Positions 44,462 to 57,000 of a stretch of 64,000 nt of DNA are shown here, in pieces. A model generated the notes under the pieces. That model saw only the letters and a program-made list of their open reading frames with translations. It searched no databases and was not told where the DNA came from. The stretch is from Massalongia carnosa (Eukaryota): assembly GCA_965645245.1 (NCBI GenBank), contig OZ287073.1, positions 2,356,001 to 2,420,000 of the forward strand, in the 5' to 3' direction. Position 1 is the stretch's first letter; each line of letters starts with the position of its first letter. The translations under genes were made by a program, and so were the position numbers.

Positions 44462-47400
44462 CTAACATAGGAGTTCGCCTTCAAAATTAAACTCGAGAAA
44501 GGTAAGATGACCGGATGCATGTCCCAAACAGATAACGTTCCCGTAAATAGCTGAACATATCGATCGATAGTCGGATGGAAGCCAAAGAAAACGTTGTTCT
44601 TTAAAAGCTATCCATTGATCTTCAACAAAGATAGAACATAGCTCTTTTTTCTGACGGAAAGGAGCACTATGGAGATATAAAGGAATGGAGATTTGCCCAC
44701 TATCCGTCTTTAGTTGTGAACCATCTGGAGAAAAGGATAGAGTGCTAATTATTTTTTCAGTCAAAAGCGTGCTGCGGCAAGACCCTGTACCTGCGTCCCA
44801 GAGCCGGATCGTGTTGTCGCCCGAGGCAGACGCTATCAGCTGGCCGTCCGGCGAGAAGGCTACAGCGTTGACCGATTTCGAGTGACCCTCGAGCGTGCTG
44901 CGGCAAGACCCTGTACCTGCGTCCCAGAGCCGGATCGTGTTGTCGTACGAGGCAGACGCTATCAGCTGGCCGTCCGGCGAGAAGGCTACATCGCTGACCC
45001 AGCCCGAGTGACCCTCGAGCGTGCTGCGGCAAGACCCTGTACCTGCGTCCCAGAGCCGGATCGTGTTGTCGCGCGAGGCAGACGCTATCAGCTGGCCGTC
45101 CGGCGAGAAGGCTACAGCGCTGATCTCGTTCGAGTGACCCTCGAGCGTGCTGCGGCAAGACCCTGTACCTGCGTCCCAGAGCCGGATCGTGTTGTCGCCC
45201 GAGGCAGACGCTATCAGCTGGCCGTCCGGCGAGAAGGCTACAGCGCTGACCCAGTCCGAGTGACCCTCGAGCGTGCTGCGGCAAGACCCTGTACCTGCGT
45301 CCCAGAGCCGGATCGTCTTGTCGCGCGAGGCAGACGCTATCAGCTGGCCGTCCGGCGAGAAGGCTACAGCGCTGATCCATCTTGAGTGACCTTCGAGCGT
45401 GCTGCGGCAAGACCCTGTACCTGCGTCCCAGAGCCGGATCGTGTTGTCGAACGAGGCAGACGCTATCAGCTGGCCGTCCGGCGAGAAGGCTACAGCGTTG
45501 ACCGATTTCGAGTGACCCTCGAGCGTGCTGCGGCAAGACCCTGTACCTGCGTCCCAGAGCCGGATCGTGTTGTCGCGCGAGGCAGACGCTATCAGCTGGC
45601 CGTCCGGCGAGAAGGCTACAGCGCTGATCTCGTTCGAGTGACCCTCGAGCGTGCTGCGGCAAGACCCTGTACCTGCGTCCCAGAGCCGGATCGTGTTGTC
45701 GCCCGAGGCAGACGCTATCAGCTGGCCGTCCGGCGAGAAGGCTACAGCGCTGACCCAGTCCGAGTGACCCTCGAGCGTGCTGCGGCAAGACCCTGTACCT
45801 GCGTCCCAGAGCCGGATCGTGTTGTCGAACGAGGCAGACGCTATCAGCTGGCCGTCCGGCGAGAAGGCTACAGCGCTGATCTCGTTCGAGTGACCCTCGA
45901 GCGTGCTGCGGCAAGACCCTGTACCTGCGTCCCAGAGCCGGATCGTCTTGTCGCGCGAGGCAGACGCTATCAGCTGGCCGTCCGGCGAGAAGGCTACAGC
46001 GCTGATCCATCTTGAGTGACCTTCGAGCGTGCTGCGGCAAGACCCTGTACCTGCGTCCCAGAGCCGGATCGTGTTGTCGTACGAGGCAGACGCTATCAGC
46101 TGGCCGTCCGGCGAGAAGGCTACAGCGCTGACCCAGTGCGAGTGACCCTCGAGCGTGCTGCGGCAAGACCCTGTACCTGCGTCCCAGAGCCGGATCGTGT
46201 TGTCGCGCGAGGCAGACGCTATCAGCTGGCCGTCCGGCGAGAAGGCTACAGCGCTGATCTCGTCCGAGTGACCCTCGAGCGTGCTGCGGCAAGACCCTGT
46301 ACCTGCGTCCCAGAGCCGGATCGTGTTGTCGCCCGAGGCAGACGCTATCAGCTGGCCGTCCGGCGAGAAGGCTACAGCGTTGATCTCCGCCGAGTGACCC
46401 TCGAGCGTGCTGCGGCAAGACCCTGTACCTGCGTCCCAGAGCCGGATCGTGTTGTCGCCCGAGGCAGACGCTATCAGCTGGCCGTCCGGCGAGAAGGCTA
46501 CAGCGTTGATCTCCGCCGAGTGACCCTCGAGCGTGCTGCGGCAAGACCCTGTACCTGCGTCCCAGAGCCGGATCGTGTTGTCGAACGAGGCAGACGCTAT
46601 CAGCTGGCCGTCCGGCGAGAAGGCTACAGCGATGATCGAGCTCGAGTGACCCTCGAGCGTCTGCAGTAAGGCATTCCAATCTTTTTGCACCTTTGGTATT
46701 CTAGTAATCCATTTAGGAATATGATCGTCGAATGTTTTCCGTGTTATACTCATCTCTGGAGCGAATATTAAGGCTGAAGAATATAGTTGTAGAGGTGCCT
46801 CTTCTAGTATTGATCTGTTCCGCAGGGCAAAGCGCTTTCCATCGTGAAGAAAAGCCGATATCGCGGCACTTTTATCGGCCTAGATTGACAAGTAAGAATA
46901 GGAACCAATACAAAGGGCCTAATAATAATTTACATCTGTAAGCGGTTGCAGGCTGTTAATTATACGAATGCTATCGGATGTCTCTCCCATAAGACTCATA
47001 GCTTCTAGCCAGTAAAGGAAGTACTTTTGTAGAAATACATGAACTGGGTCTCCGTCACGGATACAGCCTTCACTCTGCTTTAAGTGGTGCGCCCAATAGC
47101 GGCAGGCGTATCGGACTTCTAGTGACAAAGCATTGTCTATTATCTGATTATTGAGCTCGCTTCTTAGAGTTCCAGGCCTCGTTAAGTTGCACATGTTTTG
47201 CCTTAGACCCTTTGGACTGGACATTAGTTGAAGGCATTTGCTAGCTAACCTCTTATGCGTTTCCCGCTCGTCTACCCAGAACAGGCTCTTCCCACGCTTT
47301 TGAGTATCAAGGAGAAAGTCACGAAAAGATAAATGTAGAAGCCTTATGGGCATATCCTCGTCAACAGGGATGCTGAGCACAGAGTGTAGTAAGTCTAGCC

Positions 47401-49037
47401 TGCAGCTAATATCCTCTTTAGGAATATTAAGGAGGTGTGCAAGTGAGACAATCGAGAGGGGACTCTCCAGAACAACAATACTCCCGACTAATTCTCGGAA
47501 TTCGCTAGTTCTCCTCTCTTTGTCTACCTCGTCTTTATCATCAAATAACTGATTTAGAATGGGAAGATACGTTCTATCCAGCTTGGAGACCTGATTTGTC
47601 GTTTGATACTGAAGAATGATCTCCAAGCGCTTTTTAGGATTGTCTCGTTTGTCTTCAATAAATCGACAGGCCGTGGCAGCGAAGATAAACAGGGGAATGG
47701 CCATCTCAACTAGGGCCTGGATTTGATTCTTGCTAGGCCAGCCTGGGGGCAATGAGCGCTGCTCGCCTATCACTCTGAGTTCATGCTCTAAGAAGAGCGT
47801 TATGTCATGTTCAATTGTCTCTTTTGGTATGTCGTGAAGAATTAGGTCCTGATACGTTCCGTCTAACATTTGCTTGAAGCCGAGACGAATGGGGAGCTCC
47901 GGTCTGCTCGTTACAAAAGCCCGTAACGAGATCGGCCTAAGACACTTAGTTCGTGCGAGAAGTTGAAGGATTACTTTTATATCTTCATCTCGCTCGCACT
48001 CGTCTAACGCGTCTATTACGATAACTAGTCCCAATGCATTTGGAGGAGCCTGCCTCAGTTCTGAGAGTGGCTGGAGGATCAACTTATCGAACTGTTCTTT
48101 TAGAGCTTTATCGGAAATCCCTGGGTCAGCATCGATTGCTTTCGCTATGCCTGATTTTAACCCTGGTTCATGAGCCATCAGATCTTTGGCGATAGTGGTG
48201 AAGAATCTGCCTGCAGTTCCCCGGTCACCCTCCCCTTTCTTGAAGAAAAAGCTTGCGCCAAGCTGACCTTCATCGGCAAATAGCCGGGCAACAGTCCGTG
48301 CAATCGTAGACTTTCCAGTGCCAGCCATACCGTTTAACCAGAATATGGGTTTGCCATGCCCGTCCTTCGCCCATCCCTTAATTTGACGCTGCAGCTCCAC
48401 TCTAGTATTTGCAAGGCATCTTGCACTGTGCTCCTCCATGTGCGAGTCGAATGACGCTCCATTAGCGACCGGCAGTTTGGCGAAGTCGATCTTCTGATGA
48501 AGGTTGTCGGTCTTCTTGTCAACAAGGTTCATCTTCTGATCAACGTCTAGCATGATGCCCCTACATAGCTTATCAGCCACCCTCGTCCGCAACAAGACTC
48601 AGGAGCTCAGGGATTCACGTTTGGTCCGTTTGGAGTGCTAGATTGTAGGTCTGCTCGTATCTTTCAAGACTAGCGACAAGCTTTTCCACGTTCTCGCTCG
48701 TAAAAGGCCATTGCAAAGATCGAACCCCAAACCTGCTCATGGCCTTGCGAGTCTTCCCGAACTTCAGCTGCGAATTCAGCTCTTCTAGCTGCTCAAAGCA
48801 GTCTTTGAGCGAGCCCGTTAACTTGTGGGTAGTCAAAAGCCGCGTTTTGTCCCGTCCATCCAATAGCTTCTTGACTTCTTCGAGGACGTGTTTGATGTCG
48901 CTAACCTTCCTTTGAAGGCGTTCGATGTCCTTCTTCGTATTCTTGACGGCGGCTGAATACTGCAAACAGAGCGAGGTGATTTTAGCGGATATGTCGATGA
49001 TAGCGATGACACTTGCTGCTCCCGAAAGGCCATCCAT
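44462..49037 (-). CDS. Fungal NLR: HeLo-like N-terminus-NACHT-WD40 (HET-E/NWD-like), about 1487 aa, 3 exons
   Basis: Exons 49037-48619, 48560-46934 and 46879-44462 join through GT-AG introns into one 4464-nt frame. Motifs: MDGLSGAASVIAII, CLANTR, GMAGTGKST P-loop, IVIDALDEC, VTSRPE, HLSFRDFL, APLQLYSSAL, then WD40 repeats. Confidence 0.93.
44768..46657 (-). repeat. Coding tandem array of 15 x 126-bp WD40 repeats
   Basis: Unit LEGHSxxxxAVAFSPDGQLIASASxDxTIRLWDAGTGSCRST, counted from the translation. Confidence 0.96.
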
Positions 49038-51599
49038 AATGCGAGGCTTAGCGGAGGTGCTGGGTTTGACGATAAACGTGCAGTAGCACACTCGTGTACA
49101 CACACAACTGCAAGAGAGTATCAACTCGACTGAGGCTGAGAAGGTAAGCCAGCGCGGCTGACACCTGGAGTTGCTGGCAGCATTTCATTGGGGGGTTCGA
49201 CTTTACATTCATTCGCTCGTTTCTTCTCGGCGCTGATCACGCGCAGACTTCGCCTAATAACAGTCCGGCGGTTGGCAAATTTTACATCATGTTTCAGGCT
49301 TAGCACCAGGGTTCGTTTCATCATCATTCTGTACCATCGCCGTCCGCTATTCGGTTCATTCCTGTATTGGTTTAACAATACAGTTTCTAGATCTGCCAGA
49401 TCGCTTCGGAGTAAAGGATATATCCTCTTACCAGGTCGAATTTATCGGTGAGCCCTTGACCCAGTGCGAACAGGCCGATCAAGTCCCTGCGGTTGGTTGA
49501 CTTCACCGCTCGGATTCTACTTAGTCGCTTCGTGATAGGCCTCTGGGAAAGCATTCCATATGCTCTGGGCGATTGCGCAGTCGATCCAAGTGTGTTCAGT
49601 GATTTATGGTTCATCATTCAGAAGACATCGCTACTCTTCTTCGATTAGTCAAGTTAAAGCTTCATTAGTTTGGACTACATTTGGTAGTCATTTAGTAGAA
49701 GTCGATAGAGCAAGTCATTGGCCTTGAATACTCTTTAGGCGCGCCCAATGGCCTTCCATAGCTCCAAAGCTCATGCTACTCGATTTAATACTTCCTGACA
49801 CAACTTTCGCGATGCCGTCTTTCAGCGATAAGTCCCGAACCTTCTCCGTTATGACCTTATAAGCACACCGATAGAAGACCTGCTGCAGGCCTTTCCACTC
49901 TTTCACGCCAGCTCCTAGTTATTCTCTCGTTATTCGCTTCATACTTCGGTGCTGAAATTGTATCTTGCCGGGCGCTCACGCTGAGACTACGTCGCCGGGA
50001 GCGATGTTCAAGAAATCGATTCAATCCGCCGGTAGCCCCTTCATTTAAGGTGAGCACCGTCTTTTCCCCCGGATCCTCTCTGTGCCGTTGTTGTCATAAG
50101 TCCTTGAAATTTTGGTGATGAGGTCGTAGTTATCACCTATTATTCTGATTTCTTCGTACTCTTCAGAGGCTAATCGCCCTCATATATCTGAGGATGAGAC
50201 GCCAATGCCTCGACTTCTCAGACGGCGGGGCCTCTCTCAGACAGTCGCGGGAAGTACCAAAGATTAATATCCAACATCTCTCTCGCCATTGTCAGCTCGA
50301 CAAATGTTGAAAGGTCTATTAAGGTGAATTGATCACTTGAATGCATGATACGAATATTTAGAAGGAATAGTTCTTCTGTTTATCATCGGCAGAAATTTTA
50401 CCTAAACTCCTAGGAATGCAAGCTAGCCTAATCGAGATAATCGCAGTCATCAACTGCCTGACCACAATCTAGTTAGGCTAACATAGACTAACATCAACAG
50501 GTTCATGATTGAAGCTTCCGGGTTGTTCGCCTAGTTGCTGTCATCACAATGCTCAAATATGCGTCAGGCTAGGAGTATTCATAACGTTTTGCCCGGCGTG
50601 ATTAAACTATTGCTTTCACGATATCAGCGTCATTTCCGCCCGCAAGTGCCGTGTTTGTGTATTTCTCATGAAAATGATAGTGAACTTCACTTACGAAAGA
50701 TATGAGCGTTTTTCCATCTTCATCATTCAAGGAATGACTGAGACTGCCTCAACAGAGTCTAAATCTTGAGTTGTCAGCTCCCTCTCGGTCGTTTGATAGA
50801 CGAAGGTTCCTGATCAAATGGGCGTAGTTTTCTTCACATGTCAGTTTTTACTATAACTCTTCAATGATATCCAAGTTCTTCTTTAATATCAATAGGTGAG
50901 ACACAGCGTATCACGAAATGAACATTAAAATCGTTGCCGTCACTCATGTTCGCGCTCTTTGAGACAATCGAGTCTTGATCCACCCGTTGACCTTTCCTCG
51001 CAGTTCTTCAATCATCAGTCCTCAAAACCCAGCTATTGACCCTGTGATGTTCACTCCTATCCCATATGCTTAATTCCACTTTAGGTACGGTAGAATATAA
51101 CTGTTAGGGACTAAATTTACTTAAGCGGCATACATACATGTCATCTGGGGGGGTACGGTGGAATAATATTCAAGGGTAGGGTGCCATTTCGCCCTGGGCC
51201 GATTTACTTAATTCGAGCGGCCAGTAATAGCCCGGATTCGAAATATTAACATATGTCGGAATGAAAAAAAACTCGATCATATTGTGATTTTATAAAAATC
51301 GCGGCGCAAAGGGTGTTTGAAGAGGTTTTGCCTATTCAAAGCACAGGAACATCAAGACTCGAGGCCGAAGAACATCAGCAGATGATGAGTACCGTGAGAA
51401 ATATTGTATATATAAACTGTACAGTTTCGTGCGGCGATTCCGACTCTGTAAGAATTAACCTGGTCGCATGAATATCAAGCTGTAAAGCCAATAAAACAAT
51501 TCAGCTTCATTGAACATAAGCGGATAAGCGGGAACCCACATATTGATCCACGCAATGAAAAATTTTCCTCCCGAGTTAGCAGTTGTCATCATCATCATC

Positions 51600-52718
51600 A
51601 TGAGCGCATTACCCATTGAGTATTTGAGCGAGTGGCAAATGATCGTGTGTCGCAAATATCAACATACTATTTGGCCCGCTCAGGTGCAGTCCCATTTTCA
51701 AGGCCCACAGCATCGCATGAAAATCAAAGAAGCCCCACCCATCGCGGGACGGCGCAATCATGGCCCAATTCAATTCAATATCCCGTTGAATTACAGATCC
51801 CCATTCGAATCGATAGTCCCGTCCGTATTTTGCCTGTGTATTCCGATGGTTTATTATGTCAAATGGAACCGGAACGATGTCAATACATTTGTCGCAATGA
51901 ACACGGCATGAGAATGCATAGCAAGCAAAATCATGGATGGACGGCGCAAGCGCGAAAGGGAAGACCCAGTAAGATTTCCACCATAAACCCGACTCCCAAG
52001 CCATGGCGAACCGTCACATGTCAGCGGTTTTTTGTTTATGGTCAAGGATCACATTTTATAGAGATAGTTAATGTAGAATCGTCATGAAGAACGACTGCGA
52101 GAGCTAGAGTTAGTTTGCAAAGTCAAGCGCGACAGACCATTAGTCAGGCTATGACGGCAGTCAAAGAGAAAGAACGCAGGATGATCCAGGAGGGAGAGTA
52201 GACGGAGGTGAACCAATGGTTGGAGAGAACTGGGTTTTTGTGCGCATGGAAGCAGTGCGCAAAGACAACAGCAGCCAGGAATACACGCCGTTGCAACCAT
52301 AGATGGACAACCAAGCAATCCAAGATCACAGTCAGCCATGGAAGCAGGTGTTGATGTTTTTTGCCTGTGCGCGGCCTCAAGGCAGCAAGAGTAACCCGCC
52401 ATATCGATTTACCCCAGCCCAGAAACGAGCATGGAGACGATTTTGTACCGCCATGAAAGGGCCTAGGAAAAAATGAGTCAGTCGAGGAAGTCAAATCAAA
52501 ATCGTCAGCGGTGCAAATCCCAGATGTTGAAGAGACAGACCGCCCCATACATAAAGACGCCGGACTGAGTCGGGTCGATGAATTTTGTTTGGATTTTTGC
52601 GTTGCGTTGTTGGATCAACGAATCAAACGCACCGAATGCGACAGCCATTGGTGAACGCTTTGGCGGTGTTGGGAGTGGACGAGGATCGATTGTTAGGACC
52701 CGATCGATACCCACCCAT
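51600..52718 (+). pseudogene. DUF3505-like N-terminal region of a telomere-linked-helicase-type gene, frameshifted
   Basis: IVCRKYQHTIWPAQVQSHF, GLLC...CQYIC...MRMH..NHGW, PWRTVTCQRFF, VNQWLERTG; cut by an LTR at 52719. Confidence 0.6.
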
Positions 52719-54062
52719 TGTCACGTTCGGTAGGCAGAGGTCCTATCCATGTGGTGAACAGTGCTTTATTACGAAGTATGCTACATGATAGCTAGACAAG
52801 ACGAACACGAAGAGAAAAGCATTGCTTGCTTGCAGAGATTTCCTATATGCCTCCTAAATGACACCTTAAGCTCAATGTGATTAGACTGCAGGAGCGCGGA
52901 AGAGGCAACAATCGAGCTAGTCCGTGAAACCGAGCTATACCTTAATGGTGCACCTATGGAAACCGTAGATGGAAGTTCAATGAACCTTCAGGTGTTCAGT
53001 TCATACCATGACAGTAGCTCCCTCATCAAGGCCTAATTCTACGTAGGCTAATAATAACAGTAGGTGTAAATCACTGGGGCTTACCTGAAAAACGTTTGTG
53101 AAATTCCTTCACTCTAGCAGTTGCGTTGGTAACGTACTCAGCTTACTCCCAGGTAGGATCGCTCCATCTTATCCACTGCACAAGATACTTCAGACGTTTT
53201 CGCACAAGCTTGGAGTCGAGAATTTCCTCCACTTCATACTCTTCCTCGCCGTCGACGAGGACTGCTGGAGGAGCCAGAGGGATATGGCCAGGATGAGGAT
53301 CGCGAGGGACAGGGGTCAGGAGCGAGACATGGAACACTGGATGGATTTTCATACCGGGAGGGAGGTCGAGGCGATAGGCGTATTTGCTGACGACTTGGGA
53401 TACCCTGAAGGGACCGAGCTTCTTCCAGTCTAGTTTGCGAGTAGGTCTCTGAGTACGTATGTTTTTAGCATTCAGCCATACGCCGTCTCCTACTTCATAA
53501 ACCGCAGCTGGGACTCGATGTTCATTGGCGTTTTACTCATATTTGGCTTGCGAGAACTGCGTTTCTTCTTGAAGCCTTCTGCTTATTTCCTGCATTCTGA
53601 TGATAAAGCTCTCAGCGTTGAGATTGGCGGGTGACGATACTTGATCCACAGGCTCAAATCCCATGCGTGGGTGGAATCCCATTTCTGCAAAGAAGGGGCT
53701 GTAGCCAGTGGTTTCCGAAGTCGTGTTATTGCCCGTGAACTCTGCCAGCGGCAACCAGTCAACCCAATCGTCCTATAAGTAGTCGGAGTACATCCGCAGA
53801 TAATTTTCAATGGACGAATGAGAAGTGGCGTCTCTTGGAAAGACGGTCAACTACTACCATGATCGCATCGAAGCCCTAACTCTCGGGTAGACCGGTGACG
53901 AAGTCAACTGAAATATCCTGCCAGCGTTGTTCTGGTACATTGCAGGGGCCTGAGTACTCCCATCTTTCCTTGACGAGAGGCCTTGCTTCGGGCGCAAACA
54001 TGACAGTGCTTCACATAATTAGCTATGAACTGATCTAACCGAGGCTAATAGCACTGGCGTTG
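52719..54062 (-). mobile_element. 3' end of a Ty3/gypsy chromovirus: integrase, chromodomain and 3' LTR (52719-53013)
   Basis: WQDISVDFV, WVDWLPLAEF, IHPVFHVSLL, EYEVEEILDS...YLVQW...TWE; purine tract next to a TGTCA...TGACA segment. Confidence 0.85.
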
Positions 54063-57000
54063 TGTTGAAACACCAGGCTATTGATCATGAAACGGAAGTA
54101 GGGCAAATAAGAAGCATACATGTTATTGAGGGTTATTATCTATGTGGGCTATCTACCTGCTTTTATAGCAGTCACACAGCAGTAATGCTGTAGGCTTCCC
54201 ATAGCTGCCTGTTAGGCACCTCCATAGGTGCCTGGTAGACACCCGTGTGACTCACGATGGATGCCTATATTGATGGTAGCCTGCCCATCTAACCAATGGT
54301 AGCCTCACCATCTAACAATATATTCCGTTTTGCCTCCCTTAGCTGGCAGATGGATGACATCTCGAATGATTAGTGATGTGTTGCCACGGCCGAAATAACC
54401 CTTAGTGCTTGATCCGCATTCGGTTAGTGCTCTTATTAATAAGCAGACATCTCGGCTCAATTCTCAACACTCTCACTCCGAGAATGTCTGGATGGCCTCA
54501 TGCCCTCGCTGTACCAACCATCGCGTGTCGCCCTCGGGGCCTGTCCCCTGGGCCATGGGCCAAACGGCCGATGTACGTCCAAACCCCTTAGCTAACTATC
54601 CTCACCCCTAGGCTTGCCCGGAGCCGTTCGAATGATGCCTGTGGCAAAGGCTTGGTGAATATGTCAGCTAACATTTCGGCCGTGGGGACGTAGGAAATTC
54701 GAATTAACCCATCGTCGACGATTTCCCGAATGTAGTGATATTGAACGTCAATGTGTTTTGTACGAGAGTGATGTTCAGGATTTTTAATAAGTGCTAAACA
54801 TCCCTGATTGTCACCCTTCAAGTCAATGGCCTTGTTGGGATGCAGATGCAATTGACTCATTAATCTGCTGGCCAAACGAGCTGTTTTCCGGCTTCGCACA
54901 TGGAGACGTATTCGGCTTCGGTACTCGATGATGACGTCGATCGCTGTTTGGCACTTCGCCAGATGCACGCTCCCCCGAAAATTTTCATTACCATTCCGTG
55001 AGTTGACTTTCGGTCAGCTTTTTCATTAGCATAATCGGAGTCGGCAAATGCAATTACTTCGGAGCTACCGTCAAAGATCAATCCCAATTTTGACGTGGCT
55101 TTTAGGTAGCGAAAGACTCGATCCAGAGCGCTGCGATGTGATTCGGTTGGATCATGACTGTGCTGACTTAATTTTCCCACGCAGTAGGCTAAGTCAGGAC
55201 GGGTTGCAGTCATGGCATACATCAAGCTTCCTATTCGTCGTTGATATTCCAGCTGATTGGTACGAACGTCTTTTTCGTTTGCAGACGACAAGTGTCCCTC
55301 AATAGGGGTGGAAACGGGCCGACACTGGTCCATCTGATAATCGCGAAGGAACCTCTCAATGTAGGCTGTTTGATCCATGGTGATTGTTCTTTTTGCTCTA
55401 TCTCTGGTGATGCGTATACCAAGAATTGAGCGTGGTTCCCCCATGTTTCGTACCTTAAACTCTTCGCTGATAAGTATCTTTACAGCTTTGATATCCGAGT
55501 TTTGTTGTCCGAAATACAAAATGTCGTCCACATAGATAGCTATAATAACTTTGCTGATAAAAGACACAATTGTCGGCCGGAATAACGTTGAATCCGATGC
55601 TTATGACGAATTTTTTGAAACGCTGATTCCAAATTCGCCCTGATTGCTTCAAGCCGTACAATCCCTTTTTTAGAAGAATTGCTTTCTCATGTCCTTTGAC
55701 CTCAAGTCCTTCAGGTATCTCCATGTATATTTCCTCTGTTAATTCACCTATAAGGTACGCGTTTGATACATCGGCCTGTTGAATTTCCAGATCCAGTTCG
55801 GCGGCTATCCCAAAGAGAATTCTGAGTGTCTCACATCTCAGGGTTGGGGCAAACGTTTCATTATAGTCAATTCCGTATTTCTGACTAAATCCTCTGGCTA
55901 CCAGACGTGCTTTGTAGGGATCAATCATTCCATTCGCATGACGTTTTACCTTGAATACCCATTTGGACGTGATCAGGTCTCGATTCGAGGGCTGATTTAT
56001 CACCAAAAATGTTCCGTTTGACAGTAGGGCATCGAGTTCTTCTTTGATGGCTATTTTCCATTTTCGCCAGTCTTTTCCGTTGACGGCCTCACTGTACGAA
56101 GTGGGATCATGATCGTCATTTGTTTGAAGAGCTTGATTATTGTCGAATGCGTATTTGTCGTACGGCTTTCTCTCTCTCTTTGATCGGGTGAATGCAGTCG
56201 TTGTAGGAGTCCTTTTTCTGGGCGATTTGCCTTCGATAGTTGCAGGGATACCTGTGTTTGACTGAGCATTCAGTTCAATCGTGGGTATTCCTTCATTTGA
56301 AGAGGCGGGATCAGCTCCCACTGGCGATGTAATCTCTTCAGGATTTTCAATTTGAGATGTGGGGTCAGCCCCTACTGATAAATTCTTGTTTTGGCCGTTA
56401 TCACCAATGACCTCATCTCCCCCCTCGTTGGTGATGAGTTGATTGTCGAGATACTTGTCGGGCTCGTAATCGCTGTCAATTGTGTCAATTTCCCATGTCC
56501 CTGACTCGGTAGGAACGTTTAACAATGGTCCCCCAGGCCAGTCCTCGAAAAAATCAAGGCTCGAATGCCATCCGATTTTTTTCGTTTTGGGGTTATAAAT
56601 TCGATATTGTTTTGATGACTGGTACCCGACGAATACTCCCTGAAATGAGACGACATCCATTTTGTCTCTTCTTTCGCTGGGGATACGGGCATGAACCAAA
56701 CATCCATAGGTTCGTAAGTGGCCCAGATCCGGTCTTCGGCCGTACCAGGCCTCGTATGGAGTCATTTTCCCTCCGTGTGTATTGGTTGGGAGCCGATTCC
56801 GAAGATAATTCGCGACCATCAAGGCCTCCCCCCAAAATTCCCTGGGCAATCCAGCCCATAGTTGCATAGCCCTAACCATCTGCATTAGGGTTCGATTCAG
56901 ACGCTCAGCAACCCCGTTTTGCTCAGGGGTGTACGGGTCTGTAAACTCCATTTGAATGCCTTCTTTCAGAAGGTCTTTTTCCAAAGCGTGATATTCCTTT

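Noticed and set aside
44768..46657. CRISPR-like or DGR-like reading of constant repeats with short variable segments
   Set aside because: Units are in-frame codons of a eukaryotic WD40 domain; there are no unique spacers, cas genes or separate template repeat, and the nearby RTs belong to LTR and YR retroelements.
44757..46679. 640-aa alternative-frame ORF and three antisense ORFs over the WD40 array
   Set aside because: Same repeat-driven artefact; they start and end with the array.
54860..55567. Programmed frameshifts in the copia at 54063-59447
   Set aside because: Both breaks fall within RT/RNase H; one is explained by a single missing G in a short run, consistent with mutation or sequencing error.
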